From Hyphochytrium catenoides (lineage: Eukaryota; Protista; Hyphochytriomycota): 64,000 bases of DNA. This document shows, in pieces, positions 1-10,088 of the stretch; positions within the stretch are counted from its first letter, which is position 1, and every line of letters starts with the position of its first letter. The notes under the pieces were generated by a model. That model made no database searches. It was not told the origin of the DNA and saw only the letters and a program-made list of their open reading frames with translations. The stretch covers positions 3,576 to 67,575 of the forward strand of contig FLMG01000823.1 in NCBI GenBank assembly GCA_900088475.1, given 5' to 3'. The translations under genes and the position numbers were made by a program.

Positions 1-395
1 AAGAGCTGGAGCTCGTCCTTTCCGGTGTCCCTGACATTGACGTGGATGACTGGGAGCAGAACTACGAGTGCACTGATAACCTTCGGGGAACAGACCTTCT
101 AGGATGGTTCTGGGAGACGATCAGAAAGTTCTCGTCCGCAGAGAGAGCCAAGTTCTTACAGTTCTGCACTGGTTCTTCTCGTGTTCCTCCTCAAGGCTTC
201 AGAGCGTTGACGTCCTATGACGGTCGCGTGTGCATCTTCCAGCTGCGAGGCATTCCTTTGGAGTCTAACGCTTATCCTCGAGCTCACACGTGCTTCAACC
301 GAATAGACCTGCCGCTGTATAACACCAAGGAAGAGCTGGTCGAGGCGCTCAACCTGGTGATCAATATGGAGTTTACTGGCTTCTCAGAAGATTAG
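1..395 (+). CDS. HECT-type E3 ubiquitin ligase, C-terminal part (5' truncated by window)
   Basis: The frame is open from position 3: ELELVLSGVPDIDVDDW...WFWETI...FLQFCTGSSRVPPQGF...YPRAHTCFNRIDLPLY...FTGFSED*. This is the canonical HECT C-lobe, with the catalytic Cys in HTCFN and a C-terminal Phe. Confidence 0.96.
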   Translation, partial: ELELVLSGVPDIDVDDWEQNYECTDNLRGTDLLGWFWETIRKFSSAERAKFLQFCTGSSRVPPQGFRALTSYDGRVCIFQLRGIPLESNAYPRAHTCFNRIDLPLYNTKEELVEALNLVINMEFTGFSED

Positions 396-984
396 AATAG
401 ATAGGAACAAGCAGGAAAGAGAGAGAGAGATTGAACAAAAGAGAGAGAGAGAGAGAGATCGGGAGAGAGACAAGCGAGAGGGACCCCTCTCTGTACCATA
501 GCCCTACTAGGCAGAGCCTTAAACCAATAGAGTTCTTTTATTTATTCTCTTAATCATGGACCAGACAGCGCGAGCAATGTCACCCTCTCCTCCGGTTCTA
601 ACAGAGACTTACTGCTTCGTCCCATGAACTGAGCATACGACTTCCTGAGAGCACATAAAGCCCACTGGCACTAAGAAAAATGGGGCCCAGGCCAAGCTTC
701 AGACTCAAGAGCAGCACAAGGGCAGACAGCATACAGACAAAGCCTCTGCTCTAACGGAGCTACTGCTTGGACCGCACGTGCTTCCACTTTCCATTGTCGC
801 CTTTTATGGCCCAAGACCTTCTACTACCTCGTACGTCGAAGATAACAACGTCAGTTGCATCCTCTCAACCTCGTCTCACAAGGAAGATAACCTGCTGAGG
901 CCGATAAGTCCTGGTAGCAGCTGGAAGCATGCGGAAGCTCTGGGCTTCTACTCCTACCAGCCTGACAAGCCAGAGCAAACAGGG

Positions 985-1050
985 AGCAGCAGCAGCAGCA
1001 GCAGGAAGAACAGCAGCAGCAGGAGCCGCAGCAGCAGCAGCAGCAGCAGC
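985..1050 (+). repeat. (AGC)n trinucleotide microsatellite, interrupted
   Basis: Runs of agcagcagc are directly visible. Confidence 0.85.
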
Positions 1051-1309
1051 AAGGACGAAGCGAAAAAGTCGTGTCAGGAGGCAGACTGAGATACTGTGGG
1101 TTTGATAGGCAACTCTTTAAGCCTTAGGTTCTCTTGACACACACCTTAATACCCATAGTAAGCACCATCATAGCCTTATTACAGGAGCCAAGGGGAATGT
1201 GGGTAATACGGGTAGGTCCTAATAACAAGGAGAACGGTATACCCTCCTTCCCATATCCCTATACCCATGACCCAGGTACCATGTACTGGGGAAGCGTTAC
1301 ATAAGAAGC

Positions 1310-1314
1310 CTTCT

Positions 1315-1346
<32 letters not shown>

Positions 1347-1435
1347 NNNNNNNNNNNNNNNNNNNNNNNNNNNNNCTCTCCCTCTTTCTCTCTCTCCCTC
1401 TCTCTCTCCCTCTCTCTCTCTCTTTCTCTCTCGTC
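1310..1435. repeat. (CT)n microsatellite spanning an assembly N-gap (1347-1375)
   Basis: CT repeats on both sides of the run of Ns. Confidence 0.95.
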
Positions 1436-2048
1436 TCTTACGTTTGTCGCCTCTAAGAAGCTTCTTACCTTGTTGTTCGCTCGCTGCATGATCTTTCGCC
1501 ATTGTTCTTCTAAAGGCCCTTGTCTTAGTCCCTTGCCCTCTTCACTTCCCTTGGGCCCCATACTGGCTGCATGTGCACCATGAGGGAAGGAGACACAGCT
1601 GCCTGGAAGGTGAGGAGCCTCCTTCCCTCTTCAAACAAGGGTGTGAGACTCTAAGAAAAGGCGCTTCTGAATGAGAAATCCATGTGCAGTGTTCGTCCTT
1701 CGCTGGTCCTTCCCGCTCCCTTATACTAAGAAGGAAGGAGTCTCAAAAGGATCCTGCGCCTGCCTTCCTTGTTCTGCCTCCTCTCATCCCTCTCTCAACT
1801 CCTTATCCTTGCTCATGATCTGCAGTCCGTTCCTTAGCAACTAGACCTTACTCTACGCCCTTGCTGCCCTGTTAAAGCCCTTCCTCCTAACGTGAAGTAA
1901 GAACTAATAAGCAAGATCCGAAGGCGCTCAGTTGACAATTTCCTAAAGAGAACGTCCTGCACAGCCCGCATATAATCCTTGCTATCTTTCTTCGGAAGAG
2001 TCATCGAAGTAACAAGTCTTGCCTTTGGCCCTCCATCCCCTAACCAAC

Positions 2049-3143
2049 ATGAACACCATCACCGGTTCTCAGACGCAATCAAGTGACCTTCATCACCATC
2101 AGAAAGATCCAGACCTGGCTGGTCGTGGCCTCGCTGGACCAGAGGAGGAAGATGACATTAGAAGTGGCAGAGGAACTGGACGATGCAACTGCCCGCCAAA
2201 CCAGTGCAAATGCCCTACTACTTCTTCCGCTTCGTCGTCGTCTAACGCCCAATGCGATGTCTGTCAGCCAACTCTCGCTCGCTCCGCTGAAGGCGCGGAG
2301 AGAGGAGTGATGGAGCACATGACTGAAGAGGAGACTATCACTAGACCAGCAGTGGTAAAGGAGGTAGTCCACCACAAGCACATACATGTCATCCAGCCAG
2401 TCGTGACACGTGAGGTAGAGGTGCAGCACGTCGTGCACCACAGAGTAGTGAAGAACCAACATGAAGGAACTAGAGCCATCGATGAGGGAACCTGCAGTTG
2501 CCCTGCAGGCACGCATAACCTCGGTGAACACGCCCAATGGCTCAATTCAGGCAAAACGACTAGCGGCCTCAAGAGAAGTGGCTCCTCGTCTAGCTCTTCT
2601 TCGTCCTCCTCTGATGAAGAAGGCAGGGAAGGAAGAAGAGAGAGAGTAGGCAGAAGAAAAGACAAGACGACCACAATGGGGACTGCCGTCTCCGGAGGAG
2701 CTACTACCGGTGGCCCAACCGGCTTGGTAGGAGGAACTCACCATCAAGAAGCTCCCAGAGTGACAGGACACCATGAAGGCGCAGCTCCAACGGGTCTCAC
2801 GGGCAACCAGCCCCCAACAGCCACCAGTTCCACCGTTAGCCAAACTTCTAGCGCCTCATCTGCTGTCCCAGCCACAACCGGCACTGGACTCACTGGTATG
2901 GGCCAACAAGGTACGACGGGAACCGGCCTGACGGGGCAGCAACAACGCACTGGCTTGACTGGTTTCACTCCTGGTCATCACGCTGGCGGTACCAGCACGG
3001 GCCTGACTGGGCCACAGACGACCACAGGTACTACTGCCAGTGGCATGACGGGAGGAGGAGTACAAGGCGCTGAGACTCAACATAAGGAGAAGAGGTCATT
3101 AGGAGAGAAGATCAAGACCCTTTTTAAGGGCCATCACGAGTAA
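2049..3143 (+). CDS. Dehydrin/LEA-like hydrophilic protein, paralog 1 (364 aa, intronless)
   Basis: ATG at 2049, TAA ending at 3143. Contains GPEEEDDI, a Cys-rich insert, one HVE module (PAVVKEVVHHKHIHVIQPVVTREVEVQHVVHH), an S-segment (GLKRSGSSSSSSSSSSDEEG), a Thr/Gly-rich region and the C-terminus KRSLGEKIKTLFKGHHE. Motif conservation with three neighbouring paralogs supports coding status. The dehydrin-like label is inference. Confidence 0.85.
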   Translation: MNTITGSQTQSSDLHHHQKDPDLAGRGLAGPEEEDDIRSGRGTGRCNCPPNQCKCPTTSSASSSSNAQCDVCQPTLARSAEGAERGVMEHMTEEETITRPAVVKEVVHHKHIHVIQPVVTREVEVQHVVHHRVVKNQHEGTRAIDEGTCSCPAGTHNLGEHAQWLNSGKTTSGLKRSGSSSSSSSSSSDEEGREGRRERVGRRKDKTTTMGTAVSGGATTGGPTGLVGGTHHQEAPRVTGHHEGAAPTGLTGNQPPTATSSTVSQTSSASSAVPATTGTGLTGMGQQGTTGTGLTGQQQRTGLTGFTPGHHAGGTSTGLTGPQTTTGTTASGMTGGGVQGAETQHKEKRSLGEKIKTLFKGHHE

Positions 3144-4659
3144 TGAGAGAGAGAGAAGAAAGAAGAGAGAGAGATAAGAGAGAGAGAGAGAGAGAGAGAT
3201 GGGCTCCATTGCCCTGAAAAAAGACGAACAAAGAAGAAATGTATGATAGTTCAGCGCATCACTGGTGCCATATGTTAATTGGACAATAATCCCCATCACT
3301 GACTCATTCTTCCGCGACCCTTAGTTGTCATTGTTGGCATCTTCTATGATCTTCTTCCAATCGCTATTTTGATGTGCAGTTCCGCGCCACTACGGCGCCA
3401 CATAGAGAAGAACGTGGAGGTTACGTATCGACTGTTGGCACTCCTGAGTTAAGGTGAGGATGTCTTAGGACTTGGACAGAGGGAAGCTTTAGGATCGCCG
3501 TGTTTGCCATCGACATGCTGACAGAACTCAAAAGGAGTTCACGCTCTCTAGAGACATAATATTCGTCTTCAACCTCTATCAAAGCTAGCGCGATCGAGAG
3601 AGAGAGAGAGAGAGAAGAAGAAGACAGAGCTAGCCACGGCAGGGTAGTAGACTGTTTTCGTTATGTTATTTACTATTAGCGTGTAAATACTCAGCAGATG
3701 CTGTTGTCCCTTCTTTCAGTCTCTCGCATCGCGCAGCCCCGATAAATTCCTTCTCCCTTTCGTCTCGCACTTCTGAGCCAACCTCCATCCTCTTTAAACC
3801 CCCAGTGCCTCTTGACGACTCAATATATTGGCCCCGCTCCATCCCTTGTGGAACTTGTCCACTCTTTGCCCAGGGTAGTTACTCTGAGCACTTCTATCAC
3901 TCTCAAACGCCCATTCCTATAAGACTCGTGCATCAACCAAGAGATATAATGGTGTGGCTCTTGCGGCTTCTCGGCGCAGCACCAGGAGAACAGTGGCCGT
4001 TCGCCAGGTGACAATGTGACGGGTGTTGTCGGCTACCTATTTACACTGGCTCAAACCATCAGCGGCTCACCAATCTGACATTATTAGCACGCTCTTGCCA
4101 CATTATCGCGGCTTCAGCCTGACCGCAATGGATGATCATCAGCCGGCAAAGAAAAGCACGAACGGCGTACACAGATTAAAAAATAAGTCCAACCGCAACT
4201 GAGATCCTTGTTGATGGTACTTTATCTCCTCTGCACAGATCAGTCTATCTCTATGTGCTCTCTACTCACTTTTGCCACGTCCAGGAGGAGACATGACGCG
4301 TGGCGCTAATCGCTGTTCTCAGAGCTCCATGCAGGGGAAAGAGCCATGCATGCACCTACCCTCACAAGGCCACCGACCACTTGCTCCAGGCTGCAGCGGT
4401 GGGCCTACAGCTGCTCGCAGCGCGTCCTACTGTTCCTTGCTTATGATTGGAAGCTCGTCGTTCTCTTGGACATAAGTAATACTGAGAAAGTGGCTGAGTC
4501 CTATATGTCTGTTGGCCGTCTGGCGTTTGGACGCTAAGTGTGGGACAGCGATCAGGATTGAGGGTCGCTTTCTTCACTTTTTCCTCCTTGTTCCTTCTCT
4601 CCTTCGGCTCTGTTCCCCAACTTGGATCTTCTTCCTATGTCGCATCATGTTCGTTCATG

Positions 4660-4972
4660 AGTTCTCTCTCTCGTCTTTCTCTCTGCTCACATCCTTCTTT
4701 GTTGTCTGGCACCTTTTTCTCTTCACACACTCTCTTTCCCTCTCCCTTTCTCTCTTTCTCTCTCGCTTCACTCTTCTCTCTCACTTCACTCTTTCTCTCT
4801 CGCTTCTCTCTCTCTTTCTCTCTTTCTCTCTCGCTTCACTCTTTCTCTCTCATTTCACTCTTTCTCTCTCGCTTCTCTCTTTCTCTCTCTTTTTCTCTTT
4901 CTTGGTCTCTTCCTCTCTCTTTCTCGGTCTCTTTCTTTTTCTTTCTCTTTCTCTCTCTCTCTCTCTCTCTCA
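4660..4972. repeat. Compound (CT)-rich microsatellite / polypyrimidine tract
   Basis: About 310 bp of degenerate ctctct/tttctc units, with an internal larger unit (ctctcgcttcactct...) repeated. Confidence 0.9.
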
Positions 4973-6308
4973 ACCTTTGCAGGTGGCTCGCTCTGTCTCA
5001 CCTCTATTGTGAGATCTTTACACATCCTGTCTTCCTTCGTTCCTTCTTTTGGCCCTTTTGTACGCCTAAGAACAGGAAGTAACCTTCCTTCCTTGTCATG
5101 CAGGTCGTTACGTCCTGGATTCCGAAATTAAAAGCAACCACTCCTCTTTCAAAGAATGAAAACCGAATAAGGAAAGTCCATTGGATTCAGTTTGATTATA
5201 TGATGGTGTTGTTCTCCAGTAAAGAAAATAGCCTTCATGGCCGGAGGTAATAGTGAGGTACCGAATTGAGCCCTTTCAACAAGTTTCTGATTCTGATCTT
5301 TCTCATGTTTCTCTTGATCTTCTTCTCTTCTTCTTCCTTCGCTCTCCTCTCTCCTCTCCAGCCTTCTTTCCTGTCCTGTCCTCATCGTGTTGTTGGCCCT
5401 TGCCAGCTTTTGCACAGAAGGTAGCAGGAGCAAGAAGGAGAGGCTTCTTCCTTGCATGATGGCGTCAGCGGCAGCGACAGTCAAATGATCTTGACATGCC
5501 TCTGCTTGAGCTAGTCAAAATGAGCGATCTGAGCACTGAAGCAAGGAACATCGAGGTCAGAAGAGAGAGAGGGAAGTGCACGAACTCGCCACGTTCTTTG
5601 CTGCTCGTTCTTTCCCCTTTAGAACTTCGCCTTTCCTCCATTCTCCAGACCATTGCCTTATCCGCTGTGATCAGGCTGTCCAGCAGGTGGATCGATCTTT
5701 CTGGTCATTCCCGCAAAATTAGGTTGTCGCGTTCCTTCTTCGTTTGTCTCTATTCGCTTTCTTTGTTCACTCAGCTATGGAGAATAGTGAATAGGCAAGG
5801 AAGATGTAAGGAGAGAGTGGTAAGGCTTTATAGACGGATAATAAGAGGGAGCAACGCTGGAGAAGAGGGAATAGATCTAGGAGGAAGAAAGCGTACATAG
5901 GATGCAGCACTTCTCATTGCATTGTCGTTCATAGAACTCCATTCTGAGAAGCAGAGAAGTAACCGGCGAAAGGGCAAGAAGAAGATGCACCGACCCTTTT
6001 CCTTCTCTGGTATTCTGCCTTTGTCCCGTTCTCTTTATCCCTTTCCTTCTTGTCTATGAGCTTCTCTTTATGTCGCTCCTTATCCTGTCTTTTCTCTCGT
6101 TTCTATATATCTCTCTCTCTCTCTCTCTTTGTCTCCCTCTCTCTGCTCATACCTGTGAGCTAGCCGAAGAAGCCTACCTGTCTTCGACCAGGCAGCTGGC
6201 ACGAGCGTTCTTTCCCCTCATTATCAAACTTCCAAGCAACATCAAAGATTCAATCTTAAGCAACGATATCTACGAGCATACAGCAGACTTTTATATTATC
6301 TAAGAACC

Positions 6309-7109
6309 ATGAACGCTCTTTTCGGAAGCCGCAACGAGACCAACCAACAGAACCCCCAGGCCACCAAGGACCCAAACCTTGCCCGCGACCGGGCCGGCCC
6401 TGAGGAGGAGGATGACATCAACAGACGCCAGACTGCAGGCGTAGCAGGCACTGGCCTGGGATCTTCTACCACTGGCACTCAACAAACTAGTGGCGTGACT
6501 GGCACCCACCACACCGGCCTCCCTGGCACCCACCACGGCACTGGTACGGTGCAGCACCTCAAGGAGAGAGATGTTGTCGTAGAGCAGCCTGCAGTGGTCA
6601 ATGAGATTGTCCACGACAAGAACGTCCATGTAGTGCAGCCAGTCGTTAACAGACAGGTTGAGGTTGAGCACGTGAAGCACCATCAGGTGGAGAGGACCGA
6701 GCACGAGGGCAAGAGAGTCATTGATGAGGGACATGTAGCTGGTGCCCCTGCTGGCTACCATGGTGGAGAGAGGGGGCTGGGCAGCCGTCTGCAGAGAAAG
6801 GGCTCCTCTTCATCATCTTCTTCTGATGACGAGAAGAGGAGAACTGGCACCACCCACAGAAAGACTGGGACTACGGCTGCTGGCACTACCGGCGGCCTTA
6901 CTGGACACCACACTACCGGCACTGGCCTCACTGGTCACTCAACGACCGGCGCTACCGGCACTGGTTTGACTGGCCACCCTACCACTGGCACTACCGGCAC
7001 TGGTCTAGCTGGCCATTCTACTACCGGCACTACCGGCACCACCACCACGGAGCCACACCATAAGACCATGGGCGAGAAGATCAAGGATGTCTTCAAGGGA
7101 CATAAGTAA
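6309..7109 (+). CDS. Dehydrin/LEA-like hydrophilic protein, paralog 2 (266 aa, intronless)
   Basis: Contains GPEEEDDI, one HVE module, the S-segment LQRKGSSSSSSSDDE, (TG(T/A)TGTGLTGH)-type Gly/Thr repeats and the C-terminus HHKTMGEKIKDVFKGHK. Confidence 0.9.
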   Translation: MNALFGSRNETNQQNPQATKDPNLARDRAGPEEEDDINRRQTAGVAGTGLGSSTTGTQQTSGVTGTHHTGLPGTHHGTGTVQHLKERDVVVEQPAVVNEIVHDKNVHVVQPVVNRQVEVEHVKHHQVERTEHEGKRVIDEGHVAGAPAGYHGGERGLGSRLQRKGSSSSSSSDDEKRRTGTTHRKTGTTAAGTTGGLTGHHTTGTGLTGHSTTGATGTGLTGHPTTGTTGTGLAGHSTTGTTGTTTTEPHHKTMGEKIKDVFKGHK

Positions 7110-7537
7110 ACAGTTTAACCAGTGGACATACAGGCGGTGTACTCTGTCCAACTCTCTTCTTCCTCTTCTCTTTCTTTCCTTTTTTGACGAGCCGAGTTAT
7201 AGCCCTGCCATCTCTTTTTTTGGCGATGTCTTCCTTTCTTTTGGTCCTTTCCCAGTAGTTGTAGGACGTCTAAGGAATAACTAGCTAAATGAAGTGGCAG
7301 CATGAAGCATCTTCATCTCTTTTTACTCTCAATAGTCTGGCTCCTGTCCACATTCTCCCTCAACGCTACAGCGCGGCTGAAGCATTTGTCTGACCGAGAG
7401 GGAGTGTAGAAGACTTACCTTTAGAAGATGGTCTTTTCTTATTCTTAGCATGGACACTAGTGTTTCATGTGGGCCCTAACCTTCCACTCATCCGACAGTT
7501 GGTCGTCTCTGCTTCTTATTATCTTCTTCCTTAGATG

Positions 7538-8345
7538 CAGCCAGCACAGCTGGGCAGCTCTGCTACCTACGCATCAGCATCAGCCTATTTCTTCAGCGAT
7601 CAACCAATTTATTTCTATCTTAGAGACAAGGTCTCTATGTTCATAGCGACCGCGAAGCACCCGCTAAGCACCCGTCCTACGGCTCTACCTTAGCCAGCCG
7701 GATAGAGGGGACGTGCTGGTCCTAAATTTCATTGTTAGTAGGGGAAGGGAGTGCTAAGTCGGCCTGCATTATTAGTGACCGTCGCTGCTGTTTGTGGCGC
7801 TTTTTGCCGCGGCTGCTGCTCCATCGCGTGCAATTAGTTCATGCCCGTCTGCGGCTCTGTTTAAAAGGCCTCAGTGCTGCCATGACAGACGGCGGCATGA
7901 AAGGTCAGTCCTTACATAATAGGAGTGTTACTCTGCTTCTTTTTATATTCCTTAAAATCAGCCATAGCAGGTGGGCAGCTCTGCTTCCTACAGCACGCAT
8001 CAGCCTATCTCTTCAGCGATCAACCAGTTTATTTCCATCTTAGAGACAACGCCTCCTCCATGATCATAGCGGCGGCTAAGCAACCGTCCCCTGATGTTCG
8101 CTCGGCTCTACCTTAGCCGGCCGAGAAGAGGGGAACCTGCTGGTCCTAAATTTTATTGTTCGTAGGGGAAGAGAGTGCTAAGTCGGCCTGGATTATTAGT
8201 GACCGTCGCTGCTGTTCGTGGCGCTTTTTGCCGCGGTTGCTGCTCCATCGCGTGCCATTAGTTCATGCCCGCCTGCCATGATTAAAAGGCCCCAGTGCTG
8301 CCATGACCGGCGGCGGCATGAAAGGTCAGTCCTTACATAATAGGA
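7538..8345. repeat. Diverged tandem direct duplication, period about 420 bp (copies at about 7538-7925 and 7959-8345)
   Basis: Shared blocks include ttcagcgatcaacca, ttagagacaa (7620 and 8040), gtgctaagtcggcctg-attattagtgaccgtcgctgctgtt and ggcggcatgaaaggtcagtccttacataatagga. Confidence 0.92.
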
Positions 8346-8462
8346 CAGTCTGTCTGAGGCGGTTGGGGCGCTTTACTTGGTTCCAGCATGCTCAGCCGCA
8401 GCGCCCATGATGGCTGGAGGCCGGGAAGAAACAATGGGAGGGGAGAGTAGAAAGAAGAGGAC

Positions 8463-8570
8463 GAAGAGAGAGAGGACAGAGCGAGAGAAAGAAGGAGAGC
8501 GAGAGACAGACACACACACACAGAGAGAGAGACACAGAGAGAGAGAGACACACACAGAGAGAGAGAGACG

Positions 8571-8611
<41 letters not shown>

Positions 8612-8720
8612 ACAGAGAGAGAGAGAGTGAGAGAGAGAGAGAGAGAGAGACAGAGACAGAGAGAGAGAGACACACACAGAGAGAGAGAATGAGAGAGAGA
8701 AGAGAGAGAGAGAGAGAGAT
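8463..8720. repeat. Compound (GA)n/(CA)n microsatellite
   Basis: Directly visible. Confidence 0.95.
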
Positions 8721-9658
8721 GGGGGAAGAATAGAAGAGCGCTTGCCAATCCCTTTGTAGGGGAGGAGTGGCAAGATGAGGAGACAAAAGCCCAAATTCAT
8801 CCTAGAGTATGGAAGAAATACGAATTGGAAAAGAACAATTTCCGAGTTTAGTAGTCTAGAGGGTTACATAATAACTATTGGAGTCGAGAGCAAGATGTTT
8901 TTCTCGAATACAAAAGGCTCTGACCGATAAGAGCGGTCCTCATGCGGCGAACAGCAGGTGAACAAAGAGGAGCGGGTCTCGCAGCAGGAGTGAGAGGCCT
9001 CACAGTGTACATACAGCGGCCTCTGTCTTCTCTTCCTTCTTCTGCGTGCTCCATGCTCTTCTCCTTCTCCTGTAGGCAGCAGGCTGCTGCTGCGTGGTGG
9101 CTCCCTTTGACTCTCCTGCTACTGATCCCTTGCATGGCTATTCTTTCTTCTTCTCTTCTTCTTCCTCTGTTGCCAAGTGCGAAGAGAAGGTGGGTGGTTA
9201 CCTGGCTCAACCAGCTCCTCTTCTTCTTGGGACAGTAACGTTCAGCGCTTCCAATGCTTCTGCTGAATCTTTTTGTTCTTCGATGACATCAGGGAATGTG
9301 CAGTGGATGAAGAGACAAGAGAGAGAAAGTGTCAGGTGTAGTTCACTGACTAGCTTAGGAACTTCCCAGCCCACATTATCCAGCTCCAAGAGGGGAGAAT
9401 TCTCTGCTGCACTTCTATGAGGCTTCTTCTTTTCCTTGGTCTTTGTACCTACGAATGCTTGCTCTTCTCCCACTCCCAGAGCTTCCTTTTTGACATACCA
9501 GGGTCCTTGACTTTCTTAGGACTAGTCCTAGCCTGCACTTCTCCTTAAAAAGTAGGAACGGCAAGGTTGGAAAGAAGGATGGAGGCATCGCCCGACCCCC
9601 AGCTGTTTTTCCCAGGCCACTCACTGCCTTAATTATAGGAAAAGGGTTCGCAGGATGT

Positions 9659-9693
<35 letters not shown>

Positions 9694-9713
9694 CTCTCTC
9701 TCTCTTCTCTCTC
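9659..9713. repeat. (CT)n/poly-T microsatellite
   Basis: Directly visible. Confidence 0.9.
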
Positions 9714-10088
9714 ATGTTACCCAGTATCACTCTTTTCGTTCTTCATTCTGTTTGCCCTTTTATCTCCCACCCATAACTTGTAGGCCTCGAGAATCTAGAG
9801 ATCTTCCCTCTCCCTGGCTAGGCCCTCTCATGGTGGTAGCAAGAACTCTTATCTGAGAGCCTCCTTCTGTCCCTCTAAGCTGCCTCCTATCCTCATCCTT
9901 CTCACCGAAGCTGCGCTTCACAATAAAATCTTCAGCAAACGCCGAAAGAAGAGCAAAAGTATCGACATAACAACGCTTTCCTTGTCTCATCTGAGGTTCT
10001 CTGCTTCTTTTCTCCTTTGTGTTGTCTGAGCATCTGGCATACTCATCGACTAGAACTTTGTGGGCCGAAGAAGTGTAAGCGGGAAGCA

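Noticed and set aside
778-1089. ORF with poly-Ser resembling an S-segment
   Set aside because: The Ser run is a pure AGC microsatellite, the start is GTG, and none of the other family motifs is present.
1179-1561. RE/SL-repeat ORFs here and at 4512-5082, 8333-8800 and 62739-62933
   Set aside because: These are translations of (CT/GA)n microsatellites, which lack stop codons by composition.
3750-4500. Coding-like sequence that might be a decayed transposon (similar impression at 57350-57850 and 61200-62790)
   Set aside because: No transposase, RT or integrase motif could be identified in the frames I read, so these are left uncalled.
7538-8345. 420-bp duplication read as a protein-coding exon, H/ACA snoRNA, tRNA-derived SINE or CRISPR array
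   Set aside because: Differences between the copies are largely non-synonymous. There is no properly placed H box, no Pol III A/B boxes and no repeat-spacer structure.
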